Shown here: one piece after another, positions 13,478 through 29,186 of the stretch
Position numbering within the stretch: position 1 is the stretch's first letter
Layout: each line of letters opens with the position of its first letter
Source of the DNA: the human T2T-CHM13v2.0 reference genome, Homo sapiens
NCBI RefSeq assembly: GCF_009914755.1
Contig: NC_060938.1
DNA length: 64,000 nucleotides
Strand: one strand, 5' to 3'
Notes under the pieces: model-generated
What the model saw: only the letters and a program-made list of their open reading frames with translations
Told to the model about the DNA's origin: nothing
The model's database searches: none
Made by a program: the position numbers and the translations under genes

Positions 13478-14178
13478 AGGTGCTTCTCAGCCTTGCCTGA
13501 ACATTAGAATCACCTGGAAAGGTTTAAAAACATTTCAAGCCTGGGCAGCAGGGTGAAACCACATCTCAACAAAAAATTTAAAAATTAGCCTGGTATGGTG
13601 GTGTGCCTGTAGTCCTAGCTACTTGGGAAGCCAAAGGGAGAGGATTGTTGAGACCAGGAGGTTGAGGCTGCGGTGAGCCATGATCACGCTACTGCAGTCC
13701 AGCCTGGGGGATAGAGCAAGTTCTTGCCTCAAAACAAACAAACACAAAACATTTTAGTGGCAGGCCATGCATGGTGGGCCAGTAATGTTGGTATTACTGC
13801 TGTAATTTCAGCACTTTGGCAGGCTAAGGTGGGAGGATTGGATGAGACCAAGAGTTCAAGACCAGCCTAGGGAACACAGTGAGACCCTCATCTCTTCAAA
13901 AAAAATTTTTTTAATTAGCAGACATGATATTTGGGAGGCTGATACAGGAGGATCAGCCAGAAGGTTGAGGCTGCAGTGAGCCGTGATCACACCACTGTAC
14001 TCCAGCCTGGGCAACAGAGCAAGACCCAAGCCCTAAACAAACAAACAAACAAACTTCAATGCCCAGGCTGTACTCCAGACCAATCATATCAGAGTTTCTA
14101 GGGGTGGGACTCAAACATCTGTAGTTGTTAAAGCTTTCCAGGTGATTCTGATGTGCAGACAAGTTTAGGAACCACCGT
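13478..14178. mobile_element. MER5A-type element split by two + strand AluJ-like insertions (~13538-13750 and ~13763-14053)
   Basis: MER5 start GTGCTTCTCAGCC...TTAGAATCACCTGG resumes at 14058 (AATGCCCAGGC...CAGGTGATTCTGATGTGCAG). Alu arms with (CAAA)n tails lie between. Confidence 0.8.
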
Positions 14179-14255
14179 GCTCAAAAAATGGTTACATTGT
14201 TGAGACTTACCTCCTGCACACCTCTCTGTCTTATGGGTTAAGACTGCACTTCTCA

Positions 14256-14539
14256 GCCTGGCACAGTGGCTCATGCCTGTAATCCCAACACTTTAGGGGA
14301 CCAAGACAAGGGGATTCCTTTTGTTTGGGAGTTCAAGACTGGCCTAGACAACATATTCAGACCTCATCTCTACTAAAAATTTTAAAAATCAGCCAGGTGT
14401 GGTGGCACACACCTACAGTCCCAGCTACTCAGGAGGCTCAGGCAGGAGGATCTCTTGAGCCTGGGAGATAGAGGCTGCAGTGAGCCATGACCTCATGACA
14501 GAGCAAGACCCTGTCCAAAAAAAAAAAAAAAAAAAAAAG
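14256..14539 (+). mobile_element. AluJ
   Basis: Dimeric Alu with poly(A). Perfect 15-bp TSD AGACTGCACTTCTCA (14241/14540). Confidence 0.93.
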
Positions 14540-14540
14540 A

Positions 14541-14710
14541 GACTGCACTTCTCAAACTGCAATGAGTATAGGAATTTTCTGGGGTCCTTGTTAAAACACA
14601 GACTCTGATTCAGTAGGTCTAGGGTGGCACCTGAGATTCTGCATTTCTAACAAGCTCCCAGGGGAGGCTGGCCTACTAATACATGGTCCACACTTTGAGT
14701 AGCAAGGGGT
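14541..14710. mobile_element. MER5A
   Basis: CTGATTCAGTAGGTCTAGGG...TGCATTTCTAACAAGCTCCCAGG...CACACTTTGAGTAGCAAGG. Confidence 0.85.
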
Positions 14711-14920
14711 TAAGCTACCATAAGGAGTTCTGTAACTCTAAGTTACAATTTAGCAGTTAGTTACATGAATAAAAATGTTTGATAATCAGTGAGGAATATA
14801 CTTTCTTGTTCTTTCCTTCAAGGGAACTATCATCCCATAAAAATGTAATAAATACTTGCATATTTCAAGCTGTCTAGAGGGCTGTTTCAAATTACCCCAT
14901 GAGACATCTCAAAAAAGAAA

Positions 14921-15230
14921 TAGTCCTCTCTCAGTACCCAAGGGGAATTGGTTCCAGGACCTCCATGGATACCAAAATCCACAGATGCTCAAGTCCTGGA
15001 TATAAAATGGTGTAATATTTGCATATAATCTATACACATTGTCCTGTATACTTTAAATAATCTCCAGATTACTTAAAATGCCTAATACAATGTAAGTGCT
15101 ATATAAATAGTTGTCACACTGTATTTTGTTTGTATTATTTTTTATTGTTGTTATTATTTTTTCCCAGATATTTTAGATCTGCAGTTGATTGACTCCACAA
15201 ATGTGAAACTGGTGGAAACAGGGCCAGCTG
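14921..15230 (+). mobile_element. MER2 (TcMar-Tigger MITE)
   Basis: TTGGTTCCAGGAC...GGATACCAAAATCCACAGATGCTCAAGTCC...ATAAAATGG. Confidence 0.85.
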
Positions 15231-15893
15231 TTTTCGACAGATATCCTCTCTTTGAGGAAAAATGGCTTGATCTTTTGTCCAAGGAAGTTAGAAAACTGTA
15301 AGCAGAGAAAGTCTGCGTCATCATTTTTTAAAATTTTAAACCAAATTTTTTCATTTTAACAAATTTATTTGTCCTTAAACTAATAGCAAAGTGCTGACAA
15401 TAACTTCCAGAAGAAAATGCAGGAATGCTTTCTTAAAGAGGAAGCAAAATGAGTACAAACCACAGAGGAAATGGATACACTTCACTATCCTGGAATTAGA
15501 ACTTCTGTGCATCTAAAGCTCATCAAAACTGAAAACATAAGCAATATCAATTTTCTCTTATCCCATTCTTTCTTGAATTTCCTCCAAGCTTGCGCTTACC
15601 AAGGTCTGACAACCTGCCCTTTGAGAAACCCAGTGTTCAATGCAAGGCCTCAGCTAACTTTACCTTATTCTCCAAAAGCTGTGTTCTCTTGATTTACAGA
15701 ATACTTCTCACTTGCTCTTTTATTATTACCTTTTAAAAAAGAAATACCATATGCACATGCTTAAAATTGATTTGTATTTAGAGACTTATAAATGAAAAAA
15801 ACCCAAAGGTCATTTTCCCCTCCTTACCTCTCCTGATGCCTGTTCCCCAATGACAACTGCTTTCCACTCTTTACCTTTTTCTTCCAATATTTA

Positions 15894-16412
<519 letters not shown>

Positions 16413-17304
16413 TTAATCAGTTATTACATTGGGGTTGCAAATGGTTATTTTTCTATCTAAGTTCACATTTCTTATCCAGCATGTTTTCTTTCTTTTCTTT
16501 TTTTCTGTTATGTCAATATGTTGGCATTAGTTATACCCATTATTATTTTTGATGCTTTAATTGTTCCAAATTTGGCTAATGGGAGCCCTTCAGGCTGCTT
16601 CCTGTAAACTTTTGACATGATCCCATTAGTTCTTGAGTATTTCCTTAATTTCTGGAACAACAAGATGTCAAGGTTCACCTGTACTCTATCTGCTCTAGAC
16701 TTGAACCTAGCCATTTCCGCCAAAAAGCCTTAATACCTTTTAGTGGAGAATGCTTTTTTGGTTTTCTTATTATAAAAGTAATACACGCTTATTGTAGAAA
16801 AATAGAACATAAAGAAAAATATAAAGAAGACAATAAAAACCATATATTTCTCTAGCATCTAGAGCTAGCCTCTCTTAATTTAGTATACTTATTTCCAGGC
16901 TTTTTTCTATTAAAAAAAAAAAAAGAAATTTCTCCTCTTCTAATTCTTCCTTGCTAGGTGAGCATAGGAATGCTATTTAACTGCTCGTAACTTACTTTTC
17001 TCAACTATAAGATGAGATTAATAGTAGTTTCTCCTACATAGCATTGTTTTGGCAATTAAATTAAGTAATAAAGTGTTTATTACAGAGTCTATCACATAGT
17101 AAGGTCTCAATCATACTATTAGAATTATCATGTCAGTTCAGAATGGTGAGTAGGATTTGAGCTAACATAAATGGGAGAGGAGGATTTAGGCTTATGGTGG
17201 GGAGATAGAGGGGCATTCTGAGAGAAAGAAAAAATCATAGCACAAGGTCTATTGAGCAAACCTGTTGAACCAGAGTTATGAAGATTAAATAAAATTGCTG
17301 TCAT

Positions 17305-17995
<691 letters not shown>

Positions 17996-18069
17996 ACCAG
18001 ATCTGATAAATTTCTTAAAGGTACCCTGGGCACACTAAGACGGTTATAAAGTGTCAAGCATGTATATAT

Positions 18070-18330
18070 GCCACTCCTAGCTGTGTGACTGCAGAAAAAT
18101 TACTTAACTTCCTTCATTATTTAGAATAAGAATTACAAGTATATATACATATATAGTATATATATAGTATAAGGTCATTATTATATGTATTATTATTTTA
18201 TATATATGTATATAGTATATATATAATATAAGGGTCATTGTAAGAATATAGTATAAGGTCATATATATATAGTATAAGGTCATTGTAAGAACAAACACAA
18301 TGTCATATATGTAGCACCTAACACCATGCC
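18070..18330 (+). mobile_element. MIR interrupted by (TA)n-rich tandem expansion
   Basis: CTAGCTGTGTGAC...TTACTTAACTT; four copies of ATAAG(G)GTCAT in a TA matrix at 18140-18290. Confidence 0.65.
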
Positions 18331-18928
18331 TCCCAGTCCTATATGCAGGACAAACAACAAACAGTAGTGTTTATTTATGATGATATAGTTGAGACTGAAA
18401 ATCTTTCTAGTTTCAGCATTCAGACCCCCCCGCTGCCCATCATTATGTTGTTTCTTATTAAATTTCTAAGCTAGAATCTCCATTAGATACATTGCCTTAA
18501 ATGTGCAGAACATACATATTAAAAAAGAATCTCCTGTCTGTTCCCACTACAGGTATCCACGCAATTCATCCATTTATTCCTCAAGCATGTGTTAAGCGTT
18601 TGGCGATGCTTCACGATGTTGGACTCTGGACATTCACAGAAGATGAACACATCTCACAAAAGGTGAAAATGTTTAAATCACCTGGGATAAAGAACATTCA
18701 GGGTTGAAAGAATACATGTTTGGTTATAATACTGCTTATTAAGCAAGTAGAAAATTAGAGTAAATATCAGCCCTTTAAGAAGACAGATCTTCCAGAGAGC
18801 CTTAAAGGCAAGGTGGGCATTTGATGGTTTTATCTGGGAACATGCACTCCAGGTTCACCGTGAGCAGGTGAGAGACATGGCTACACCTCTGAAATGCTGC
18901 AAGTTCATTTTTGAAGGATTTGTCATAG

Positions 18929-19717
18929 TAAAACAGAAAAAGTTCCCTTATCCCCCTTACAGGGCGTGACAAGGGGAGTGGCTCGCTTCTTCCGCGCCCT
19001 GCAGCCTAAACCCCTAGGGAGAGCATGCAGTCGGGCAGGTAGTAGGGAGCGTGGGCTCCAACCCCACCGCAGCGTCTAGGGTTGAGTGTTTACAGTTTTC
19101 GAAGCCCCGGTGAGCGTGTGTTGCAGCGTGCTTTTTCAGCTTAGCCATCCGCAGGCGGCTTGTATTAATCAGCTCAATTAGACCCTCTGCCTTATCGCAA
19201 GGACAGAGGGCTTTTTGTATCCTGGGGTTCTTGCCTAGTGTACTGGAAAAATCTGATCATACATGGGCTTGGAGAATGAGTGCAAGGTTTTATTGAGTGG
19301 TGGAAGTAGCTCTTAGCAGATGGATGGGAAGCCGGAAGAGGGATGGAGTGGGAAGGGGTCTTCCCCTGGAGTCAGGCCGCTCAGTGGCTGGGCTTGCTTC
19401 TGACTGCCCTCTGCCAAATTTCCCTCAGCGTCTGCGTGGTTCCACCGTCGATGGCCTGCTAGTGTTTTTCTGCGAGTGTGTTCCTCTCGACGCCCAGCTG
19501 CTTGTACATGTGCCCACTAGGGTCTCTCGGGTTTCTATGGGCATGGGATGGCGGGGGGTTGTGGCGGGCCAGGGTGGTCTTGGAAAATGCAACTTTTGGG
19601 CGTGAAAACAGGAATGCCTGTCCTCACTTAGGTCCGTGGGCACAGGCCTGAGGGTGGAGCCCTGGCCAGGGACCCCATCCTTCTCTACCCAGCACCTCCC
19701 TGCCCCCTCCCGTATCA
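18929..19717 (-). mobile_element. ERV1 solo LTR (LTR1/MER52-related family)
   Basis: Minus strand starts TGATACGGGAGGGGGCAGGGAGGTGCTGGG and ends GGGAACTTTTTCTGTTTTA. AATAAA at ~19290. 4-bp TSD ATAG (18925/19718). Confidence 0.88.
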
Positions 19718-20641
19718 ATAGCAATGATGAAGGACTCACGCAGCCATCTTTTCAGGAGCATGTGACAGCCTGCATGACCGGAGCCAATGGTGAACGTTTA
19801 AATTCTGGGTCCCGAAGCAATATCTTGGGAAGGGCCTTCCTCTGTCCCACAGCTTCTAAAAATGTTCTGTGCTTATAGTATTGGCTCAGTTTTGTGGATG
19901 TGTTTCTGGGATTATTCAGTGACCTCAGACAGGCTGCTCCAAGTCTCCCTGGACCACCTGCGTAGTTCAGCCATATTCTACAGTGAGCACTTAGGTAAGA
20001 AAAAGAGGACAATTTATTGGATATAACTGGGGAGGGAGGACAGAAGAAGAGATAGAAATGGTACTTAGCCATTTCTAAGACAATGGGTTAAGCCACTTGC
20101 TGAGCCCCCCCTCCCCCTCCCCCCGGCCACGGCCTTATCCATTAAACACATAGTTTTGAGTCCTTTTTACAGCTAAATAAAACCGCCACATCTCATTGGG
20201 ACAAAGTTATTCAGAGACACAGAAACAATGGCTCCTGCCAACCACAGACCATGCACAGCATGCACAGGGGTCTTTACCTTTATAGTCCCAGAAGGGACTG
20301 GGAGAGGGTTGGAGGGCATGGAGGATATCAGCCTATGAAATACCAACTGCAGCAGCCCCAGCTCCTATTATGAAACAATCCACTGTTCTCTCTTCCTCAA
20401 GTCTTATCGGAAGCAAGAATATTATTTTTCATTGGCTCATTTACCCTAAGGTCCCATGAGAGGGAAGATAATCTGTGATTATTGGCTTGATCTCTGTACC
20501 CTACTTAGGGACACAAGTTTAATAAATCAGAGCATTTTTCTAGTTGGGTCAGATTGGCCAGGGTAAAATGAACATTTGCTTCAGGACACATTTTAGGCTA
20601 AACCATTCTCTGTATCTTCGTTTTCTGTAAATATACTTTCA

Positions 20642-20992
<351 letters not shown>

Positions 20993-20999
20993 TTACATT

Positions 21000-21700
21000 G
21001 TTGCAGAACAGGACATGCAGGGGCTACACAGGCATCAAGGCTGGCTGATTCCACAGAGCAAGAATGTCAACAAGGATCCAGCTTATTTTTGCCTCTTCAC
21101 CCCACCATCTTTTATGTCAGCCTCGTCCTCAGGGAAGTAGGATGCAACAGTTCCAGCTGGACACGACAATACTCACAGGAAGACGAAAGAGACTCTTATT
21201 GCTGCTGTATCATGGGAACCTTGTCCCCGATGCCCATCAGGTTTCACCCTCCCTCCATGCTTCATTGGTTCCTTAATTGGATACTGGCAAGGAAAATGAA
21301 ATTAAATTACCCTTGGCCATCAATGCCACCCCCAAGCTAGAGATGGGGTCAGTGTCACCTGAGGCACCTAGCTGAGTGAAGAAGGCATGGAGTGCTGAAC
21401 AAATTGGGGTTCTTCTAGTGTGGAAGTCAGGGGAGTGGATGCTGGCTGGGTAGCTTACATTTAGTTGCAGGAAACAGAAAACCTGACTTACAAGTGGCTT
21501 AAGCCAAAAAATTATTTCTCTCTCATAATATAAATTATTGCCCTAGCTCGCTGCTGGCACAGATTCAGTGGCTTGATGATGTCATGGTCAGCAACGTGGT
21601 GAGGCTCTTGACATTTCCCTCATGCTTGTGACCTTGTGGTTCCAAGGTGGGCTTCAAGTTCATACATCATGTCTGGATTCAAAGCAGGAAAAAGGGGAAA
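21000..21700 (-). mobile_element. Old MaLR LTR fragments (MLT1K/L-like)
   Basis: TAGTTGCAGGAAACAGAAAACCTGACTTACAAGTGGCTTAAGC...TTATTTCTCTCTCATAA. Confidence 0.5.
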
Positions 21701-22891
21701 AGGGGTATGGGCTGTATACAACGCTACGTAAAATGTGCTGGAATCTGAGGGGCATATGCAAAAGTAGATTTAATTTCTCTTCCTTACAAGGGTCAACTAT
21801 TTACATGGGAAGGAAAAACATACCCCGCAACTACAACCTGATGTCAGTACCAAGAGCAGTATGCAAACGACTATTACGGGCGCTCAGAAGCATCACAATG
21901 GAAGGGAAGTTGCAGCTGCCTATACCCACACCCACATCTTGTCTACCTGCCTGCTGCGTCACAGCCTGGCTGCATTACTGGGCTCACTTCAGTTCCAAGA
22001 AAGCTTCCAGAAATCATGGCAGGCACACCTGCAGTGAGCAGATCTGTGTCTACTTGTCCTTTAAGTGGACACCACTTTTCTGTTCAGAGCACAGATCAAT
22101 GTGTCAGACAGAGCTCTTGGATGACAATATTGTCCTGGCAGGGATCCAGAGCGGCTGGGGATAGAGAATATTAAATGGGTCTGGTGCAGAACAGTTGAGG
22201 TGTGACTGGATGTGACAGAGGACAGCACCTCTTTGACAATGACATTATGTGAGTTTGGGTGGGCTCTCAGCTCAGGTTTCAGATGGCCAGGCATCTGTTG
22301 CTGGCCGCCATTCCGTTGACATTTTACATTTTGTGACCATAAATTAACTTTGGAAGAAGTTGATAGACAAGTAGGTCATTATTTGGGTGTTCCTGTGTTT
22401 CTCATAACATTTTAAATTCAGTCAGGGCAGAAAATATATATGTCTTTCCTTTATACCATTACCCTAATCCCTGGCACATGGTGGGTTTCCTCTTGACTTT
22501 AGTGGAACGTGCCTGGACCTTAACAATCCCAACACCCCACCTTCCCCGCAACCCTGTCTTCTTCCCCATCTCTCCAGCTGGCTTCCTGCCTTGTTTTCTC
22601 CTCACATAGATTTAACAGATGCTCTGAGCCCTGCAGTGCACTTCAGTTCTATTCTCTGCACTCGCCATGGCACTTGGCACCATTAACTGCAGCTCTCTCT
22701 GCCTTGACATCTGCACCCCACTCTCCCCTGTGTGTTTTTTCTTTGGGGGTTTCTTATCAGGCGCCTCTTCTTTAAATGCTTGTTTTCCTTTGAGCCCTGT
22801 CCAAAGCTCTAGGTTCCATTTTCCACTTTCTACGTTCTATCTGGTCCTTCATTCAAATTTACAGCTCACATCTCTGCTTTTGCCTCTAGCC

Positions 22892-22896
<5 letters not shown>

Positions 22897-22926
<30 letters not shown>
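22897..22926 (+). repeat. (CT)n microsatellite within L2 fragment
   Basis: Direct observation. Confidence 0.95.
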
Positions 22927-22930
<4 letters not shown>

Positions 22931-23159
22931 TTCAAACCTTACACAACTTGAGACATCTTCACTCACATATCCTGCAGGTACACCGAACTCAACATGGTCA
23001 ATACAGGAGACAGTCTCTCACCCCAAAATGGAATTTCTCTCTTTTTAAAGGAAACCAGCATTCATAAGCCAGAAGCCAGTGAGTCATCCCAGAATCCCCC
23101 ATGTATAGATTGCATGTGTCAGTCATACTGCAATTATTATTATCATTAGTTATTATTAT

Positions 23160-23303
23160 TAGTTTGAGACAGGGTCTTGCTCTGTTGGCCAGGCTGGAAT
23201 GCAGTGACACAATCATTGCAGCCACCAACTTCTAGCCTCAAGCAATCCTCCTGCCTTAGCTTCCCAAAGTGCCGGGGTTACAGGCAGGAGCCACTGTGCC
23301 TGG
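23160..23303 (-). mobile_element. FLAM-like Alu monomer
   Basis: TTGAGACAGGGTCTTGCTCTG...GAGCCACTGTGCCTGG. Confidence 0.8.
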
Positions 23304-23339
23304 TCTACGCTTATTTTGAATCCTGCTTTTCTGCTAAGA

Positions 23340-24570
23340 ATATCCTAATTTTTTTATATTGTTAAATATTTATTGTATTATTATGAAAAATGTTTTTGTT
23401 CCTTCTTAAACAACAGATGGCTATGGATGGGAGATAATTTGATAAATACAGAAAGCATAAAGAGTAAATAACAATTATAATCCCACTCCTCAGAAGTACC
23501 GTTATTAATATTTTACAAGTTTATTATACTCTCTAAAATGCATTTTCCATAACTGAACTACATTTTATACTGCTGCAGATTCCTTCAGGCATTATGAAAT
23601 TAGAAACATTTTCTTGTGCAATTTAAAATATTTCCCAAATAACTTGTAATAATTGCATAAAACTCCATTTTATGGTTATTCCATAGTTTATTCAACTACT
23701 CCTCAAACGTTGGACTTTCAGGCTGTTTCCAATTTGTTACAAGTTGTTGCAAATAACATCCTTATGTATACATGTCTGTGTTTCATAATGTAAATTTCTG
23801 GTAGTGGAATTAATCTGTCAAATTATGTGAATATTTAAAAGACATTTGATATATATTGTCAAAATAGATGGATGCCTTCCAGAAAGTTTTTATCAGTTTG
23901 TCCTCCCACCGCATAGAAGAAGGTATTTCTCACTGAACTCTCTCCCCCAACACTAGGAAGTTACTATCCGACTTACAAATCTTTAAAAAAAAAATCCCAT
24001 CTGACCATTGCTTTAATTTTTGTTTTTCACTTAAAATGTGATTGAAGACTTCAGCATTTTTAAATTGTCATTTATAAATTGGCTTTATATAATAAATTAT
24101 TTATGCCCTTTGGGATATTACTTTTTATAGAACTGTTAAGCATTTTCCATAATGATTTATATAAGTTCTCAATATTGGAACATTAACTTTTATTAATATT
24201 TTTCGCAAATGTTTTCTTAGCTTAGTGTTTACTCTTTAATTTTCTTAATGATTATTTTTATATATAGGAGATTTTAATGGTTATGTAGTCAACCCAATAT
24301 TTTCCTTTATGGTTTCTTCTATTGATTTTAACCTTAGAAAGTGCCTCTCTATCCATAAATCTCTTCTATTGATTTTAACCTTAGAAAAGGCCTCTCCATC
24401 CATAAATCAAATATTTAGCTACCTTTCCTTCTACTATTTTTATGTTTTGTTGTACTTTTACATTTAAAGCTTTTATCCACTTGAGTTTATTTTGGCATGC
24501 CATGTGAAAAAAAGATCTAACTTGATTTTTTTTTCCTGAGAGTTGAGCAGTTGGGTGAGCATCATTTTTA
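23340..24570 (-). mobile_element. Old L1M fragments
   Basis: T-rich antisense L1 motifs (GGCTGTTTCCAATTTG, TTTTTATCAGTTTGTCCTCCCAC, TTTTATCCACTTGAGTTTATTTT). Confidence 0.65.
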
Positions 24571-25495
24571 TAACATTATAATATCTTGCATTGAATTGCA
24601 TTTCAAGACAAGATTGCTAAAAGGAAGCCAGAATAATGTTTCTGATGAAGTAAACCTTATAATGTAATTTAGAACGTGAGTGAAGGCTATGGCATCCCAG
24701 GAGGTGGGGAGAGGGTGGGCCAAGTATGAGTTAGGCCTTGGTGGCAGGAATGAGTTATATTTCTGGAAATATCTTTGGTGGGTGCAGGTACAAATAGAAA
24801 AAGCAGGAGTGAGGTTATGGAATCTCTCAGGCCCAGGAGCATTCACACATATGAAAGACTGATTTACCAATGCCTAGATATGATGTTGCCACTTACATTT
24901 CTTTGGAGGTCTATAAATACAATGAGATGGGAATGAGAGAGAGCAGATGGGGAAGATGTGATTTTAATTTGCATCATTTCATACCCAGACCTCAATCCTG
25001 ACCCTGTGTTAAACAATGACTCATTTCTCTGCAAATTGCTAAATGTTTTAAAGAATATAAAAACTTTTTATAAATGGAATGCAAGTTTGTCTGCAAAATC
25101 CTAGGCTGCCTTATTAATGTGTGCAGTTCATAAGTTTACTCAAAAGTTGGGGTGACTTTTCAATAGGAGAGGAATCACTAATGAGGCCATTTCCTTCACC
25201 ACGGGTGTAGACCAAGAGTGTCAGGACATGTGACGTTTGTCTGCCTTTGGTTAACAGATCTGGATTTTGTCTGGAAACTCAAGTATAAGACCTAGCACCA
25301 CTTGCCAAGGACCTCTGCTTTGCTTTGGTAGGCCAAGGTAAGCTACCGTATGCACGGTCCTGGGAAATTTACCTTGTTCCCTTTTTAGTTATAACATAAT
25401 GACTTTATTTCTCATAATATCAGCATTGCCATGCATAACCGAGGGCATACAAGAAAAAAAGAAAAGAGAGAGGGAGACGGAATATATTGCAGCTG

Positions 25496-25503
25496 CACAC
25501 ACA

Positions 25504-25536
<33 letters not shown>
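25496..25536 (+). repeat. (CA)n microsatellite, one interruption
   Basis: Direct observation. Confidence 0.95.
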
Positions 25537-26434
25537 CTTGGCTCAGCTTTACTGATGAGATCTTGACTTAGAAATGAAACAATCTTGTAATTCATGCAAT
25601 TTATGAAACAGACCAAAAAGCATCACTAAATAAGTAGTTGTCACAGAAACATAACAAATCCTTAAGTTACCCAGCCACAGCCTATGTGGCTACACAGCCT
25701 ATACAAACAACCAAGATTTTTCTCCAAAAAAACAGTAGAATATTCAAGCTGGTAGCAACTCAAACCATATTGTAGTGCAACTCCTTTGTGTTACATTTTG
25801 AGGTTTTCAACTTGATTTTACAACGTTTTCTTATCATTTACTAGTTGTTTCCTAATGACTATTTCTCAGCTTGCTTTTCCAGCCAGGTTACAAATTCCTT
25901 GAGCACAGAGCCTGTGTCACCTCCTCACGCCCACAAGCCTGGCTCATTGCCTTGCACATGAGAGATGCTCGTGCAGAGGATGGTGTTGGTGCTGCACACG
26001 CACCTTTCAGTACAATCCCTGACAAGAAAATACTGCAACTGCATTCATTCTGGGTTGTCTGATGACCCTTAAGGATGAATGAGGCAAGCTTGAATTATAA
26101 TAACATATATGCTGGCAAAATGAACTGGCACCAGGCAAAAAATGAGTTAGCTGCCTTGTTTTTCAAGAATGTTGTTTTGATTTGTGGCTTGTCCAGGTCC
26201 CTGGCTTTTCTCACCTTGGGAAGAAGTGAGAACAGAGAAATGCAGACTTCTCAATCTGGGTGTTAAAGCCAGTTTCTTGTAGCAGTCTGGTCAAGCACAG
26301 TTTGACCACTGGCATGAACTACTCAAAGCCCCCAAGAGCCTCTTCTCTCAGAGTGTTGTCTTTACCCATGTTTTTAAAATAGTGATTACAAATGGAAATT
26401 TTGTTCACTGGCGATTTAAAGAACTGTGAGCTGT

Positions 26435-27780
<1,346 letters not shown>

Positions 27781-27920
27781 TTTTATATAAATACAATATT
27801 TAATATTATAATATGTATAATATATAATTTTATATGAATATATTTACTATTAAATATACTATGAGGAAAATTAATACCTAAGCTACCTCAATTATTCCTC
27901 CTGACATACTTTGTATTTTG

Positions 27921-28237
27921 TTTTTGTTTTTTGAGACAGGGTCTGGCTCTGTTACCCAGGCTGGATTGCAGTGGTGCAATCTCGGCTCCTGTAACCTTCA
28001 CCTCCTGTAACCTTCACCTCCTGGGCTCAACCCATCCTCTGGCCTCAGCCTCCTGAGGAACTGGGACTTACAGGTGTGCCACCACACACAGCAATTTTTT
28101 TTTTTTTTGTATTTTTGGTAGAGATGGGGTTTCATCATGTTGGTCAGGCTGGTCTCTAACTCCTGGGCTCAAGTGATCTGCCCATCTCAGCCTCCCAAAG
28201 TGCTGGGATTATAGGCGTGAGCCACCGCACCGAGCCC
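27921..28237 (-). mobile_element. AluJ
   Basis: TSD TACTTTGTATTTTG (27907/28238); internal 16-bp duplication CCTGTAACCTTCACCT. Confidence 0.93.
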
Positions 28238-28269
28238 TACTTTGTATTTTGAATAGAAGCAACAGCAGT

Positions 28270-28375
28270 GATGGGATTCGTACTCCAAACCTCAGCGTCA
28301 CACAACATTCCCATGCAGCAAATCTGCACATGTATCCTCTGTATCTAAAATAAAAGTTGAAATGTTTTTAAAAAG
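28270..28375 (+). mobile_element. Very short L1 (old L1PA/L1PB) 3' terminus
   Basis: CCAAACCTCAGCGTCACACAA...CTGCACATGTATCCTCTGTATCTAAAATAAAAGTTGAAA. Confidence 0.75.
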
Positions 28376-29186
28376 AAGCAATGGTAGCACTCTGTTTTAA
28401 ACTAATGTTAATGTTCTCAAAGCCACAGTGGAAGAAATCCACTACATATCACCTAGAACTGGAGATCTAATCTGACAGGTGGGCCACAGTACTAATAATG
28501 TGAGCACAATTCCTATACAAAATTTTATTAAACTGTATTAGTTGAGCAGACAAAACTACACAGACACTCTTCTCTCTGCCTTGTTCCTTCTTGTACTCTG
28601 TTTCCTGTTTGTGTTTTTGTCATTTTCCTTTATGTGTGTATGTGTGATTTTCTTTCCTGCCTTTGCTGGAGCTGTCACCATGTGGATGGGAGACCCTCAA
28701 ATCCCCAGACAACTGGTTTCCCAAAGGGTTGCTGGATTTGTTGCTTTTTCATTGTTCTGACAAGAGCTATGTGCCTGCCTTTGTTGAGTGGTAAATACGT
28801 GTTGGAAGCAAAAGCATCACTAATATAATGCTTTATGCTACTGAGGCAACTTTCTCATTAGTGCCTAGCATACTGAGCAAAGAAGCTGGGTTCCAGAAAT
28901 AAATAGAAGTGAGCTGTTGACAGCATGAGCAGAGTCCCCTTTTTACATGGCAAGAAAGAGAGAGAGAAAGATCTTAATTCTGAATACCAAATTAAAAAGC
29001 CTTTAAAAGAGGCATCTGGAAGGATTTACTCCTCCTTCTGAATCAGCCATCAGTGGGCAGCAAGAACTGAGAAATGATGCTGTCATGTATATGAGAGGGT
29101 GATAGGAAAAGGGGGAGAGTTAGAGTCTAGTGAGGCTGAGGGTTGCAGGAGAGCATGCAGAGCCAGCAAGAGCGGATGGCTGAAGG

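Noticed and set aside
21622-22164. 180-aa ORF
   Set aside because: Begins in LTR-derived sequence; no recognisable domain; composition typical of a chance ORF.
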